Shown here: positions 8,414-16,507 of the stretch, in pieces | Layout of the letters: the number at the start of each line of letters is the position of its first letter | Position numbering within the stretch: the first letter of the stretch is position 1 | Virus record (IMG/VR): IMGVR_UViG_3300048592_000447 | Coordinates: 1 to 27,301 of that record | Source: a virus | Taxonomy: Duplodnaviria; Caudoviricetes | Direction: 5' to 3' (one strand) | Length of the DNA: 27,301 nt | Translations under genes and position numbers: made by a program | Notes under the pieces: generated by a model | The model's input: only the letters and a program-made list of their open reading frames with translations | Told to the model about the DNA's origin: nothing | Databases searched by the model: none

Positions 8414-8604
8414 GATTGCGCCTCCTTATCTGCGAGTGCCAGTATTACTTGTGTCGCACACTTGTAAGAGCAGAACACAGCGGAAAACGGCATCATGTTT
8501 CCGCATTGCCCGTCCGGCGTAGCCCATGAATGGTGCTCGCTAACCTGTATCCAGTCGTGCTCGTACTGTTTTAACAGCCGCTTATCGCATGTTCGACAGT
8601 TCAT
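8410..8604 (-). CDS. Small Cys-rich (zinc-finger-like) protein (64 aa)
   Basis: CRTC...FCSYKC; bounded by junction repeats; ends KEAQS. Confidence 0.75.
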   Translation of the reverse strand: MNCRTCDKRLLKQYEHDWIQVSEHHSWATPDGQCGNMMPFSAVFCSYKCATQVILALADKEAQS

Positions 8605-8780
8605 GATTGCGCCTCCTTTCTCACGCTGAGAGTCCGCAATTTATCCTGTCGCTTCCAGAGTCGTAGAAGATACAGATTGAAATTCGCACGCGCTTTCTCT
8701 TCCGCTTCTTTCTGCGTACCAGCTTCAACGGTCCAAGTTCTAATCGCGCTGTACTTCAAACGCACTTGATAGCGATTCAC
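8601..8780 (-). CDS. Small hypothetical protein (59 aa; not in ORF track)
   Basis: Hand translation MNRYQVRLKYSAIRTWTVEAGTQKEAEEKARANFNLYLLRLWKRQDKLRTLSVRKEAQS; GTG after TAAGGAGG; bounded by junction repeats. Confidence 0.75.
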   Translation of the reverse strand: MNRYQVRLKYSAIRTWTVEAGTQKEAEEKARANFNLYLLRLWKRQDKLRTLSVRKEAQS

Positions 8781-8792
8781 GATTGCGCCTCC

Positions 8793-8921
8793 TTAATATT
8801 GTTGGTAGTGATAGTATTGATTGAGCGGTGATGGCTGCATGAGTTTCTTCCTGGCTTTCTGGGCGTCGACGCTCCCTTGTAGCAATCTTGATATTTCGAC
8901 TGGTTTCTTTTGCGCTGGCAT
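8793..8921 (-). CDS. Small hypothetical protein (42 aa; not in ORF track)
   Basis: MPAQKKPVEISRLLQGSVDAQKARKKLMQPSPLNQYYHYQQY; GAGG upstream; its TAA is part of the next TAAGGAGG. Confidence 0.5.
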   Translation of the reverse strand: MPAQKKPVEISRLLQGSVDAQKARKKLMQPSPLNQYYHYQQY

Positions 8922-8923
8922 CG

Positions 8924-9190
8924 TTATTGCCTCGCGTCTCTGCGCTCGCGCGCAATAGTTTCAAGTGCAGACACGGGGCGTTGTTTTTCAATCACACCAT
9001 GCGGATAGCGAACCTTCACCAGTTTGTCTGTTAGCTGGTTTACATCCTTGTCTGTCAGCGCAATCTCATGTTCTGCGCCATCAATTTCAAGCAAAAAAAC
9101 ATTAACTTCGCCGTGCTCATCACCAGCAGTGGCTTTTTATATTTTAAAACGAGGATTGGTATTTGTTGAAAGTGTTTTCGATTTAGCCAT
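8924..9190 (-). pseudogene. 88-codon gene interrupted by in-frame TAA at codon 18
   Basis: AAGGAG RBS, ATG 9190, MAKSKTLSTNTNPRFKI*KATAGDEHGEVNVFLLEIDG...; stop at 9137-9139, frame then stays open to 8924. Confidence 0.65.
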
Positions 9191-9231
9191 TTTCTTCTCC
9201 TTTAATTACGTCCGATAAGGGTCTTTATGTT

Positions 9232-9510
9232 TCAAATTGGGCAATCTTCAATAACCGATTTCCCACCGTAATGAATGAAACGGCTTGATGTCGGGTGCTC
9301 GCGCCGATAGTCTTGTAAGTTGACGCAGTAATCGACCTCATCTTCTAGCTTGGCTATCGGAATATTCAACCCAATAGCCCCTTTCTCGATGATGACCTTG
9401 GCGCCATTGAACGCGCCACCAATCAGGTCGACAGTCTCGCGCTCGGCATTGCGGTCTCGCAGCATCTCGTGGGTTATCCATTCTCCCTGTTCATTCTTCC
9501 GTAGCATCAT
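9232..9510 (-). CDS. Hypothetical protein (~92 aa)
   Basis: ATG 9510 overlaps the upstream stop (ATGA). Confidence 0.65.
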   Translation of the reverse strand: MMLRKNEQGEWITHEMLRDRNAERETVDLIGGAFNGAKVIIEKGAIGLNIPIAKLEDEVDYCVNLQDYRREHPTSSRFIHYGGKSVIEDCPI

Positions 9511-9758
9511 CTCGGTACGCTCCATTTTTGCATCGGTAAATTCTCCTCTCCCATCGCCCAAGTGATACCGAGGGCGATACCATAATAAATAGCTGCGTTT
9601 GTTTCCGCATCTTTGGCGGGCTTGCCATTCGGCATGACAATGATAGGCGCTTCAGCGACTTTACGGGACATTCCCAGCATCGCCAGCCGCTGTAACTGCA
9701 TTTGGAATCGGGTTTTTCTGCCCTCGCTTGGATTGCCGAGCTTTCTGAGTTTTGTCAT
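9507..9758 (-). CDS. Hypothetical protein (83 aa)
   Basis: ATGA overlaps at both ends. Confidence 0.65.
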   Translation of the reverse strand: MTKLRKLGNPSEGRKTRFQMQLQRLAMLGMSRKVAEAPIIVMPNGKPAKDAETNAAIYYGIALGITWAMGEENLPMQKWSVPR

Positions 9759-10039
9759 TGCTTTGGCACCGCCATCAAAACATATCCTTTGAGCTGCAAC
9801 ATGTTTCTTTCAACCAAGTCACGCATGTCGTAAAAGTTCAAGCGTACACCCGTGAAGTGCCACGGCGAATCAACATCCTTGCATTCGCCGGTCGGGCAGT
9901 GTCCCGGTGCGTGATTAGCTCGGAGCCGAGCGGCTTTGTTCCTGGTGGCGTCGCTGATGCCAGCCTGATGACCAGCAAAAGCCAGCCATTTACCAGTAGA
10001 TGGCTTGTATGCACCATATACGGTGCTTTCAGTTGTCAT
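9755..10039 (-). CDS. Hypothetical protein (~94 aa)
   Basis: ATG 10039 follows AGGGG; avoids overlap with the upstream gene. Confidence 0.65.
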   Translation of the reverse strand: MTTESTVYGAYKPSTGKWLAFAGHQAGISDATRNKAARLRANHAPGHCPTGECKDVDSPWHFTGVRLNFYDMRDLVERNMLQLKGYVLMAVPKQ

Positions 10040-10049
10040 AAAATTTCCC

Positions 10050-10511
10050 CTATTTCCTGACAGCCGCGACCGAGCTTGCTGCCATGGTCCCAATCCCGAG
10101 TGCTGCTGAGATGCCATGTTCCTCCGCGTATTTGGAGGCTCTTAGCGGGTGGACTATCGGGAAGAAAATCACGCAAGGGTCCTTCAGCAACCTGGTGAAG
10201 CGTCTCTTGAATGTCTGGGCGCATCCGGACAGGTACACCTTTGGGTGCGGGCGGTTTGCATTCTTTCCGGGAGCATCTACCGCAGGTTTTTGTTGTGCAA
10301 GAGAAGTGCTCGCGCTGGACTTTCCCCCAGAACTTACAGTGGGAGCAGCTTCTGTCGTCACAGCAGGTGCGGCGAGGGGTGGGGAGTCTGATTTTAACGT
10401 TGTGTTCTGCGTTAATCCGGGTAAAGGCGCAGTCTGCGCAAGTGCAGGAAATAGGTTGATGGTCGACAAACCGAACAGGCTTGCCGCAAGAATAGGTTTT
10501 ATCGGGGTCAT
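10050..10511 (-). CDS. Putative exported/membrane protein with signal peptide
   Basis: MTPIKPILAASLFGLSTINLFPALA then Pro/Ser/Thr/Ala-rich linker and a hydrophobic C-terminus; ATGA overlap at 10508-10511. Confidence 0.65.
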   Translation of the reverse strand: MTPIKPILAASLFGLSTINLFPALAQTAPLPGLTQNTTLKSDSPPLAAPAVTTEAAPTVSSGGKSSASTSLAQQKPAVDAPGKNANRPHPKVYLSGCAQTFKRRFTRLLKDPCVIFFPIVHPLRASKYAEEHGISAALGIGTMAASSVAAVRK

Positions 10512-10897
10512 ATCTCTCGTCCTTTTCCGTCTGAACCATAAATCCAACTCCCCCGATTGCCTTTCTTTGTTTTGATATACGCCGCGTCCATCTCTTCTTG
10601 TAGCTTGGTTCTGCGCAGAGCCTGCTCGCGGTTTCGCTCTTCTTCGTGTACGCGCAGCATCGTTTCATTGTCGATGCAGTAAACGCACTTGCAGGTTGTA
10701 GGCGAAGTGGCGACAGCAAATTCCGCCGCCTTTTGTTGCAGCATCAGCTCTTTCAATAGATGGCGCGCCTTGTCGTCGACCGGGCTTCCGCCAGCAAAAG
10801 CCAGCTCGTCGGTAATGCCGAATTCGTTGACGCGCACGCCGCGACCCACGACCGCAATCATGATGTCGGTTATTGAAAGTTTCCCTGGCGCTTTCAT
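10508..10897 (-). CDS. Hypothetical protein (129 aa, CxCxxC motif)
   Basis: ATGA-coupled at both ends. Confidence 0.7.
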   Translation of the reverse strand: MKAPGKLSITDIMIAVVGRGVRVNEFGITDELAFAGGSPVDDKARHLLKELMLQQKAAEFAVATSPTTCKCVYCIDNETMLRVHEEERNREQALRRTKLQEEMDAAYIKTKKGNRGSWIYGSDGKGREI

Positions 10898-11076
10898 TTT
10901 TCCCAGCCCCTTATGTACTCGCCGAGGATAAACCTAACCAGCTCCGCTCGGCGTCGGATGCCTAGATGTTCTTTGATTTCGTCAAGCGAGTCACGCATGT
11001 CATCCGGCATGTCGATTTGTGCTCTCTTGTTCGCGTCCTCTTTCTTTGTTCTGGTTTTTGCCTTTACTTTTGGCAT
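10894..11076 (-). CDS. Ribbon-helix-helix (CopG/Arc-like) DNA-binding protein
   Basis: KRAQIDMPDDMRDSLDEIKEHLGIRRRAELVRFILGEYI fits the beta-helix-helix pattern; ATG 11076 after GAGGGA. Confidence 0.75.
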   Translation of the reverse strand: MPKVKAKTRTKKEDANKRAQIDMPDDMRDSLDEIKEHLGIRRRAELVRFILGEYIRGWEK

Positions 11077-11101
11077 CTTTGGTCCCTCTCGCGTCGTCCG
11101 A

Positions 11102-11140
11102 GGTAGCACAACAATAGCATGAAAAATCTACTATTGGCAA
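11102..11140 (-). promoter_or_regulatory. Possible sigma70 promoter of RHH operon with TGCTA half-sites
   Basis: TTGCCA-18 nt-TATTGT with TGn extension; TGCTAT and TGCTACC half-sites at 11102-11119. Confidence 0.35.
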
Positions 11141-12537
11141 TCGCGACCCGGCTCCACAATCCTTAAACCCTCTTCAAATCGAGAGCAGCGGAAAAAGTTT
11201 GTGTAAAAGACTTTACAGCGCCTGCCGCCGTCCCGCACTTTCGTTACAGTGATAGTCCCGAGTGATTGATTTATATCCGCCAGCCAGCGGCGTCGATGCT
11301 CGGCTTCTACCCGAAACGCCTTTTCCTTTACCTCTTTATCGCTATACTCGACCGGGTGATTGTGGTTTATTTTCAATCGCATATTATCTGGACCGCCGCC
11401 GATAAAATTCTCGGTCCAACTCATTAGTTCCTCGTTGGACAAGGGATTGATTATTAACACATTGTCGGGGGCATATACCTTGCGAGAGGTGCCCATTACG
11501 CCTGCATTCGTGACCGGGTTGCCCTCCTTGGTGGATTCCTTGTTGACCTCGGTAATGGAGAGAATCGGGTCGTTTGGGTTGAGTAGATGCCAATCGAGTA
11601 ATGCCTGCACTCGCTCTTGGTCGACCGCTATGTCTTTCATTTTGTCCTGTTCCGGAACGACAAGCTGGTCCATGTAGTCAACCCAAATTGAAACCCGTTT
11701 AAGACCTGATTCTTTCTTCACCAGGGCGACGGCGTCTTTTACATCATCGAAACAAACCCGGAGGTTTGGGAAGTATGAACGGTCAAACAAAAATAAACGC
11801 TTTCCGAGATGTTCCCGCAGCCATTCGAGACCGATATGCCGGCTTTGCAGGTCCTCGTCGGTCAAAGGTGCCCCCTCTCCGGTCAAATTACTCCCTTGCT
11901 CGAATTGCTCGACATTCACGCCGGTTACGCACGCAGCCAGGCGGCTCAGTAGCTTAGCCTCCGGCATGTCCAGGGCGAAATAAAGGACGGCAGTTTCGGG
12001 GTTGTCCTTGAGCACGCTTACGACATTGTGTAGGAAGAATTGGGTCTTGGAGGAGTTCGTAGGACCGGCGACCATCGTCACACCCTGAAAGCCATTCAGC
12101 GCTTGGTTTAAGGTTGGAAAGACGGACTGCTGGACTCCTGCGAACTTCTGCCCGGTTCGCTCCCAGATGTAGTCTTCGTACCGTTCGAGCTGCCCACCCA
12201 GCCGCGAAAGGAGTGCTTGTCGACGGTCACCCTGAGCGTAAAGGTGAGATTGTGACATTTTGAACATCCGTGCAAAAACATCAGCCGTATCGCCGGTATC
12301 TCGGAGCGATTCCCGCAATTCTTGCAGGTGATGCTCAAGCTTTGCTGCGTCGGCGGCTCTGCGTATCTCGGCTTGCTCTTTCTTGAGGATTTCTTGGATT
12401 GCTTCGAGCCCGAAGCCCGTTTCTTGACTGACAAAGCCGAACGCCTCCGCATCAAATTGTAGTTTCGCCACAGGGTCCGAGATGCCATTGCTCATCGCGA
12501 ATAATTTTTCAAGTGTTTCTCTGACGCTTGCTTCCAT
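11131..12537 (-). CDS. dnaB: DnaB-like replicative helicase
   Basis: FPTLNQALNGFQG, Walker A-like AGPTNSSKT, YFALDM, IWVDYMD, ITEVNK, DNVLII, VTKVRDG; start uncertain (frame open to 12588). Confidence 0.85.
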   Translation of the reverse strand: MEASVRETLEKLFAMSNGISDPVAKLQFDAEAFGFVSQETGFGLEAIQEILKKEQAEIRRAADAAKLEHHLQELRESLRDTGDTADVFARMFKMSQSHLYAQGDRRQALLSRLGGQLERYEDYIWERTGQKFAGVQQSVFPTLNQALNGFQGVTMVAGPTNSSKTQFFLHNVVSVLKDNPETAVLYFALDMPEAKLLSRLAACVTGVNVEQFEQGSNLTGEGAPLTDEDLQSRHIGLEWLREHLGKRLFLFDRSYFPNLRVCFDDVKDAVALVKKESGLKRVSIWVDYMDQLVVPEQDKMKDIAVDQERVQALLDWHLLNPNDPILSITEVNKESTKEGNPVTNAGVMGTSRKVYAPDNVLIINPLSNEELMSWTENFIGGGPDNMRLKINHNHPVEYSDKEVKEKAFRVEAEHRRRWLADINQSLGTITVTKVRDGGRRCKVFYTNFFRCSRFEEGLRIVEPGRDCQ

Positions 12538-13645
12538 CAAAAACCGCCTTTGCGTAATAAATCGCCGCAGGAATTGCGTGCTTCTCAACCAACAGCCTTA
12601 GCGCTTCGCCTCCCCATTTGTCCATATATTCATCCGGGTCCTTGCACTCGCCCATCACAGACGGTGGCACCGCATACAGTGTCAGTCCCTTGGCGAGTTT
12701 AAACGCGCTCTCAATAGCTGCCAGCGTAGCTTTGTGACCCGGTTCGTCGTTATCAAATAGCAGGACCGCTTTGCCCACGTGCCACTTTGATAGACCGTCC
12801 CACCTGTTTTGTGCCGAAGTACCGCCGAACGCAGCCAGATTAAAAATGCCGTGCTGGCGGGCTTTAAACACATCAAGAACACCCTCGACGAGAATAAGAT
12901 AATCGAGCCGAGCATCCGCCAATCCGTAAGCGCCAGAGGTAGCCACAGACGCGCCAGCCGTCCACCTATATTTAGGCGGATTCTTTTGGTCGTCGAGACT
13001 ACGTCCCCAAAAACCGATGATTCGACCGTGTCTATCGAAAAACGGACCAATAATGCGATTCCGCCAGGTGAAATAGATCCGCCCTGTTTTATCGTCTTTC
13101 TTCGCAAACCCGCAATCCAACAGGAGGTCGTCTCCGAATTCTTCTTGGAAACTCTCAGAGTTTTCCAAAAAACCAAGGGGGTGTGCTGCGATGTCGAACT
13201 TTCTTCTTTCCAGATACTCACGTGCTGCCTCAGCCTCCCATGGTGAATCTAGTGCCGATTTGCACACCTCAAGAATACGCTCATAAGCAGTCGCTTTTGC
13301 AGCCTCCGCTCGGATGGCTTTAAAGGTGCTTGATGGCAGCGCTTGCTCAGGGCTCGGTACGCCTGCCATGTCTGCCAGCTTATTGAGGGCGTCAAGAAAC
13401 TCTTTGCCGCGAGGCGAGCCTTCTCCAGCCACGTAAGCCAAAATACGAACAGAATAATCACAGGACCAGCAAACAAGGCTGTGACCACTTTGCTTAATCC
13501 AGGCTTTTCCACGCTTTCCACACTTCGGACAGTCTGCATTGATAATTTCTCCCTTGCGAACAGGATTCAGGCTATGAAAAACAATTGCACGGTCCAACCT
13601 CGGGTAAATGACATTATCGAGGTACTCTCCCAATTTTGAAGTCAT
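12509..13645 (-). CDS. dnaG: DnaG-like primase (zinc-binding + TOPRIM)
   Basis: CPKC/CWSC, AREYLERR, RIIGFWGR, PKY, LVEGVLDV, FDNDEPG, KDPDEY. Confidence 0.92.
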   Translation of the reverse strand: MTSKLGEYLDNVIYPRLDRAIVFHSLNPVRKGEIINADCPKCGKRGKAWIKQSGHSLVCWSCDYSVRILAYVAGEGSPRGKEFLDALNKLADMAGVPSPEQALPSSTFKAIRAEAAKATAYERILEVCKSALDSPWEAEAAREYLERRKFDIAAHPLGFLENSESFQEEFGDDLLLDCGFAKKDDKTGRIYFTWRNRIIGPFFDRHGRIIGFWGRSLDDQKNPPKYRWTAGASVATSGAYGLADARLDYLILVEGVLDVFKARQHGIFNLAAFGGTSAQNRWDGLSKWHVGKAVLLFDNDEPGHKATLAAIESAFKLAKGLTLYAVPPSVMGECKDPDEYMDKWGGEALRLLVEKHAIPAAIYYAKAVFDGSKRQRNT

Positions 13646-14033
13646 CTTTCAGCTCGACTAGCGTCAATGAAACCCCAGGCTCGTCGGATTGACGAATTTC
13701 CACCGAGCCATAAATTATCTGTCGGTCATCATGGTAGGTAATGCCGTTCAGCGAGTCAGCAAGTATCTTTCCTAAATTGTCCCAGTCGCCACCCGGTCTG
13801 CGGTCAAACATGCACCGCGCCATGAATGCGACCGGTCCTGACAAGGGGCTGTCATCCCAATAATTTTGCTCTCTTGAGAGCTTACCGCCAAGAATATCCT
13901 CAAGGACGCGAGTCGCCACGGGGGTGCGGTGTCCGGTTCCGGGGCGCTCTTTGCCGTGGACATGAAGCGGAAAGTACATATGCAAGGGAGGTCGCTCGCT
14001 GAAAAACGACTCTCCCCTTGAGACTTCATACAT
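13614..14033 (-). CDS. rusA: RusA-family Holliday junction resolvase
   Basis: DWDNLGKILADSLNGITYHDDRQI signature. Confidence 0.9.
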   Translation of the reverse strand: MYEVSRGESFFSERPPLHMYFPLHVHGKERPGTGHRTPVATRVLEDILGGKLSREQNYWDDSPLSGPVAFMARCMFDRRPGGDWDNLGKILADSLNGITYHDDRQIIYGSVEIRQSDEPGVSLTLVELKDDFKIGRVPR

Positions 14034-15319
14034 TAGTCACCATAGCTGGTGCTAGTGGATTGGTATTCCGGACGGCGGCGATAGCCTGCCTCTTCTGGGT
14101 TGTCCATCTCCTTGATAAAGCCTTTGATTTTGCCTCGCTGGTCGATGGCTCTCCACTCGACTCGGCGCTCCATGTTCATTGAGGCTGCCCATGCCTCGCC
14201 CTTCTTGCCGACATAGCCCATAAATTTGGTCTCGTCAAAACATTCAAGCGATTCTGAGACCTTGCGTTGCTGCAAGCGACCGTGCGGGAGGTCGACGTAT
14301 TTCGTTCCTTTCTTCGCGTGGCGAGCAATGAAATCCTCGGCAGCGGGCGACTGAATGAACATCGTTTCGAGGTACTTCAGCTCACGCTCTGGCACTGAAA
14401 GCATTCGCTGAAATTGGGCGGTAAGCACTTTTATCTCGTCCTCGGCTTGGCGCTTGGCGAGCATAACCCTGTCCCAGTCTGCCTTTTCCTGCTCCGGGTC
14501 GAGGTCTTTTGGATTGAGCGACGGCTCGGTGATGCTGTAATTCTCGAACAGAATCTGCTCGATTTCTTCCCACTCGTTTATCTCTGGCACGGTGTAAGCC
14601 TTGAGCTTTTCGTACCAGCGATAGAGCACTTCCCAGTTGTGCTGCGAGCCGAGAGAGAATCGACCGCCGACAATCTCCGCCCACGCCTCGTCAAAGAAGA
14701 TGTCGACTTGAACCGGGCGAATGCCTTTCTCTAAACCGTAATTGCGAACCGCCTCAGCATCGCGCACCGGGGATGGTGGCACGTAGATAGGCTTGCCGTC
14801 GGAGCCTTGAACTGGGTTTATCCAGCACTTGTCACGATAGAACAAGAAAATCTTCTCCGGCGTATCCAGCTCGGCGCGCATATCGGCTGCGTTTTCATTT
14901 ATAACGACCAAAATATCCGTTGTCTCGGAATTCGTCGGCGCGGCTTCGGAAGATTTCTTTCCGCCTCGTTTTGCTCGGGAGGCGGATGAGTCCTTTTTTA
15001 CGATTTCCGCCGGGGAAAGCGAAGGACCATCAGCCCCGTCCGGGCGTGTAGAATCCGGCTCTGCGTAGCCGAACGGGTTTTCAGTGTAGCGCTCGCCCGT
15101 TTTGGGGTCCATAAGCGCAGGAGGCAGCACCTCGGCGTCGTCGACCGACTCCCGGTCGGAATCTGCACCCTGGTCCTCCAATAGTGCGCGCGTCGCTTCA
15201 ATCTGCTTTGAGATGTTCGCGTGTTCGACATCCTCCCAGTCGGGGTCCGTAACTTTGAGCCTCTCCTCAAGCTCGACGAGGAGCGCTTCGAGGTTTTCTT
15301 TTGTTTCAGCATCTAGCAT
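14033..15319 (-). CDS. Large acidic protein with C-terminal Gam-like (host-nuclease inhibitor-like) domain
   Basis: C-terminal coiled coil then KKGTKYVDLPHGRLQQRK, resembling Mu Gam-like proteins; next to RecT-like gene; ATG 15319 after GGGAG. Confidence 0.6.
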   Translation of the reverse strand: MLDAETKENLEALLVELEERLKVTDPDWEDVEHANISKQIEATRALLEDQGADSDRESVDDAEVLPPALMDPKTGERYTENPFGYAEPDSTRPDGADGPSLSPAEIVKKDSSASRAKRGGKKSSEAAPTNSETTDILVVINENAADMRAELDTPEKIFLFYRDKCWINPVQGSDGKPIYVPPSPVRDAEAVRNYGLEKGIRPVQVDIFFDEAWAEIVGGRFSLGSQHNWEVLYRWYEKLKAYTVPEINEWEEIEQILFENYSITEPSLNPKDLDPEQEKADWDRVMLAKRQAEDEIKVLTAQFQRMLSVPERELKYLETMFIQSPAAEDFIARHAKKGTKYVDLPHGRLQQRKVSESLECFDETKFMGYVGKKGEAWAASMNMERRVEWRAIDQRGKIKGFIKEMDNPEEAGYRRRPEYQSTSTSYGD

Positions 15320-15329
15320 TGTTTTCTCC

Positions 15330-16406
15330 CTATTGAGCCGGATTTGCGCCAAAGAATTCGCAAATCTTGGTTGCTGTTTCTGGTGTTAGCGACACGCGCA
15401 TTTGTGCGGCATCATCGGAATTGACTTCGAATTTTTTGAGTAGCATCGACTTGAATTCGGCGACGTTTTTCTGCTTGTTTTCCTCGCCGAGAATGGCAAA
15501 ACAAGAGGCGTTGAATGCTTTCCAGATACCCTGCTTGAGCGATGCGAATTCAAGGTCGTTAACGGGCTGCGCGCCAGAAGCACTGGGGGCATTCGCCGTC
15601 GAGACTGCTGAGTCCTTCGTATTCTCGGCAGACTTTGCAGGCTTTGGGTCAGCTTGTTTTCCAGTAGTCGTGCCGCTCTGACTGGTTGACGATTTCTCGC
15701 TCGAATTCTGAGCATTCGAGGCATTCGCCTTGCCGGTTTCTTCTGATTTGCCCGCAGTCTGCGCAGCGGTAGATGTAGCCGCGCCTTTCTGCTTTCCCTC
15801 GGCGGGCTGTTCTCCTTGCTCAAGAATTGGCTCGCCAGTTTCGCCATCGACAACCATGTTTAACTCTTCAGGCGTATAGACCGGCTGACCGCCAAAAACA
15901 TCGGTGCAGTCCATCTTGGCGATATTGCTAATGTTGCGCGCGTGCAGCATGTTGCGCGGATATTTTTTATAATTGTGCGCGTTTTGTCCGGTTGTTAGCT
16001 CTGCTTTTTTTGCGTCTTCAATGGTGAAGGTTCTCACGCCGAGCGAGTTGTTGTGCTCAAAGACTTCAATTTCCGATTTTGTGTCGGTGGTTTCTTTGAC
16101 GATAAAATTGTAGCGCCCCGATTTTTTGATAAGGCACGCCATCAGCGCTGAGGTCATAGAAGCCTTTGGCACCTCGACCCAGGACTCCTGTTTTGTCTTG
16201 TGGTCGTAGACTTTCTTATTGTTCCATTGGATAAAAACGCCTTGGGCGCTGGCGATTGGCGGCACGCCAAGCTCGCCGCCGAACATTACCTTGTATGCGA
16301 CCTGGTCGACGTTTTTGCAGTCAGGGCAGAGCCCAGAATCAAATATAAGTTTTGCGACCGCCAGGAGGTCGTCTTTCGTGGTGATTTGCAGGTTGTAGCC
16401 GCTCAT
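15330..16406 (-). CDS. RecT-like ssDNA-annealing recombinase
   Basis: GGELGVPPIAS, FTIEDAKKAEL, YKKYPRNMLHAR, DVFGG.VYTPEEL motifs; low-complexity linker and small C-terminal domain. Confidence 0.8.
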   Translation of the reverse strand: MSGYNLQITTKDDLLAVAKLIFDSGLCPDCKNVDQVAYKVMFGGELGVPPIASAQGVFIQWNNKKVYDHKTKQESWVEVPKASMTSALMACLIKKSGRYNFIVKETTDTKSEIEVFEHNNSLGVRTFTIEDAKKAELTTGQNAHNYKKYPRNMLHARNISNIAKMDCTDVFGGQPVYTPEELNMVVDGETGEPILEQGEQPAEGKQKGAATSTAAQTAGKSEETGKANASNAQNSSEKSSTSQSGTTTGKQADPKPAKSAENTKDSAVSTANAPSASGAQPVNDLEFASLKQGIWKAFNASCFAILGEENKQKNVAEFKSMLLKKFEVNSDDAAQMRVSLTPETATKICEFFGANPAQ

Positions 16407-16426
16407 TCCGAAACTCCATAAAAGTA

Positions 16427-16468
16427 AAAGTGCTACCGTAATGATAGCACTTTCAACGGGTTCGTCAA
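16427..16468 (-). promoter_or_regulatory. Sigma70-like promoter overlapped by palindromic operator
   Basis: TTGACG-16 nt-TATCAT with TGn extension (16441-16468); inverted repeat AAAGTGCTA-N9-TAGCACTTT (16427-16453). Confidence 0.7.
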
Positions 16469-16507
16469 TTCCCTTCTTTGGCGACCAGTCAGGGAACGAT
16501 AGCGCCT

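Larger units (their letters stand above)
8105..8795 (-). repeat. Four dispersed copies of gene-junction repeat (AA)GGAGGCGCAATCRTGA
   Basis: Copies at 8105-8121 (one extra G), 8408-8428, 8600-8618 and 8775-8795; 8408-8428 and 8775-8795 are identical 21-mers. Confidence 0.9.

Noticed and set aside
8105-8795. Junction repeats as a CRISPR array or integron attC sites
   Set aside because: Spacing is 176-305 bp and each unit is a gene; repeats are not palindromic; no cas or integrase genes.
8740-8991. ORF-track 83-aa ORF on the - strand
   Set aside because: TTG start with no clear RBS, and it crosses better-supported genes (8601-8780, 8793-8921, 8924-9190).
9137-9139. Genome-wide stop-codon reassignment
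   Set aside because: Only one interrupted gene; TAA, TAG and TGA all terminate well-defined genes elsewhere.
10036-10719. 227-aa Cys-rich alternative-frame ORF
   Set aside because: Overlaps two ATGA-coupled genes on the same strand; likely a shadow frame, though not excluded.
16427-16453. CIRCE (HrcA) element
   Set aside because: Half-sites resemble CIRCE but are in the opposite order (GTGCTA-N9-TAGCAC rather than TTAGCACTC-N9-GAGTGCTAA).
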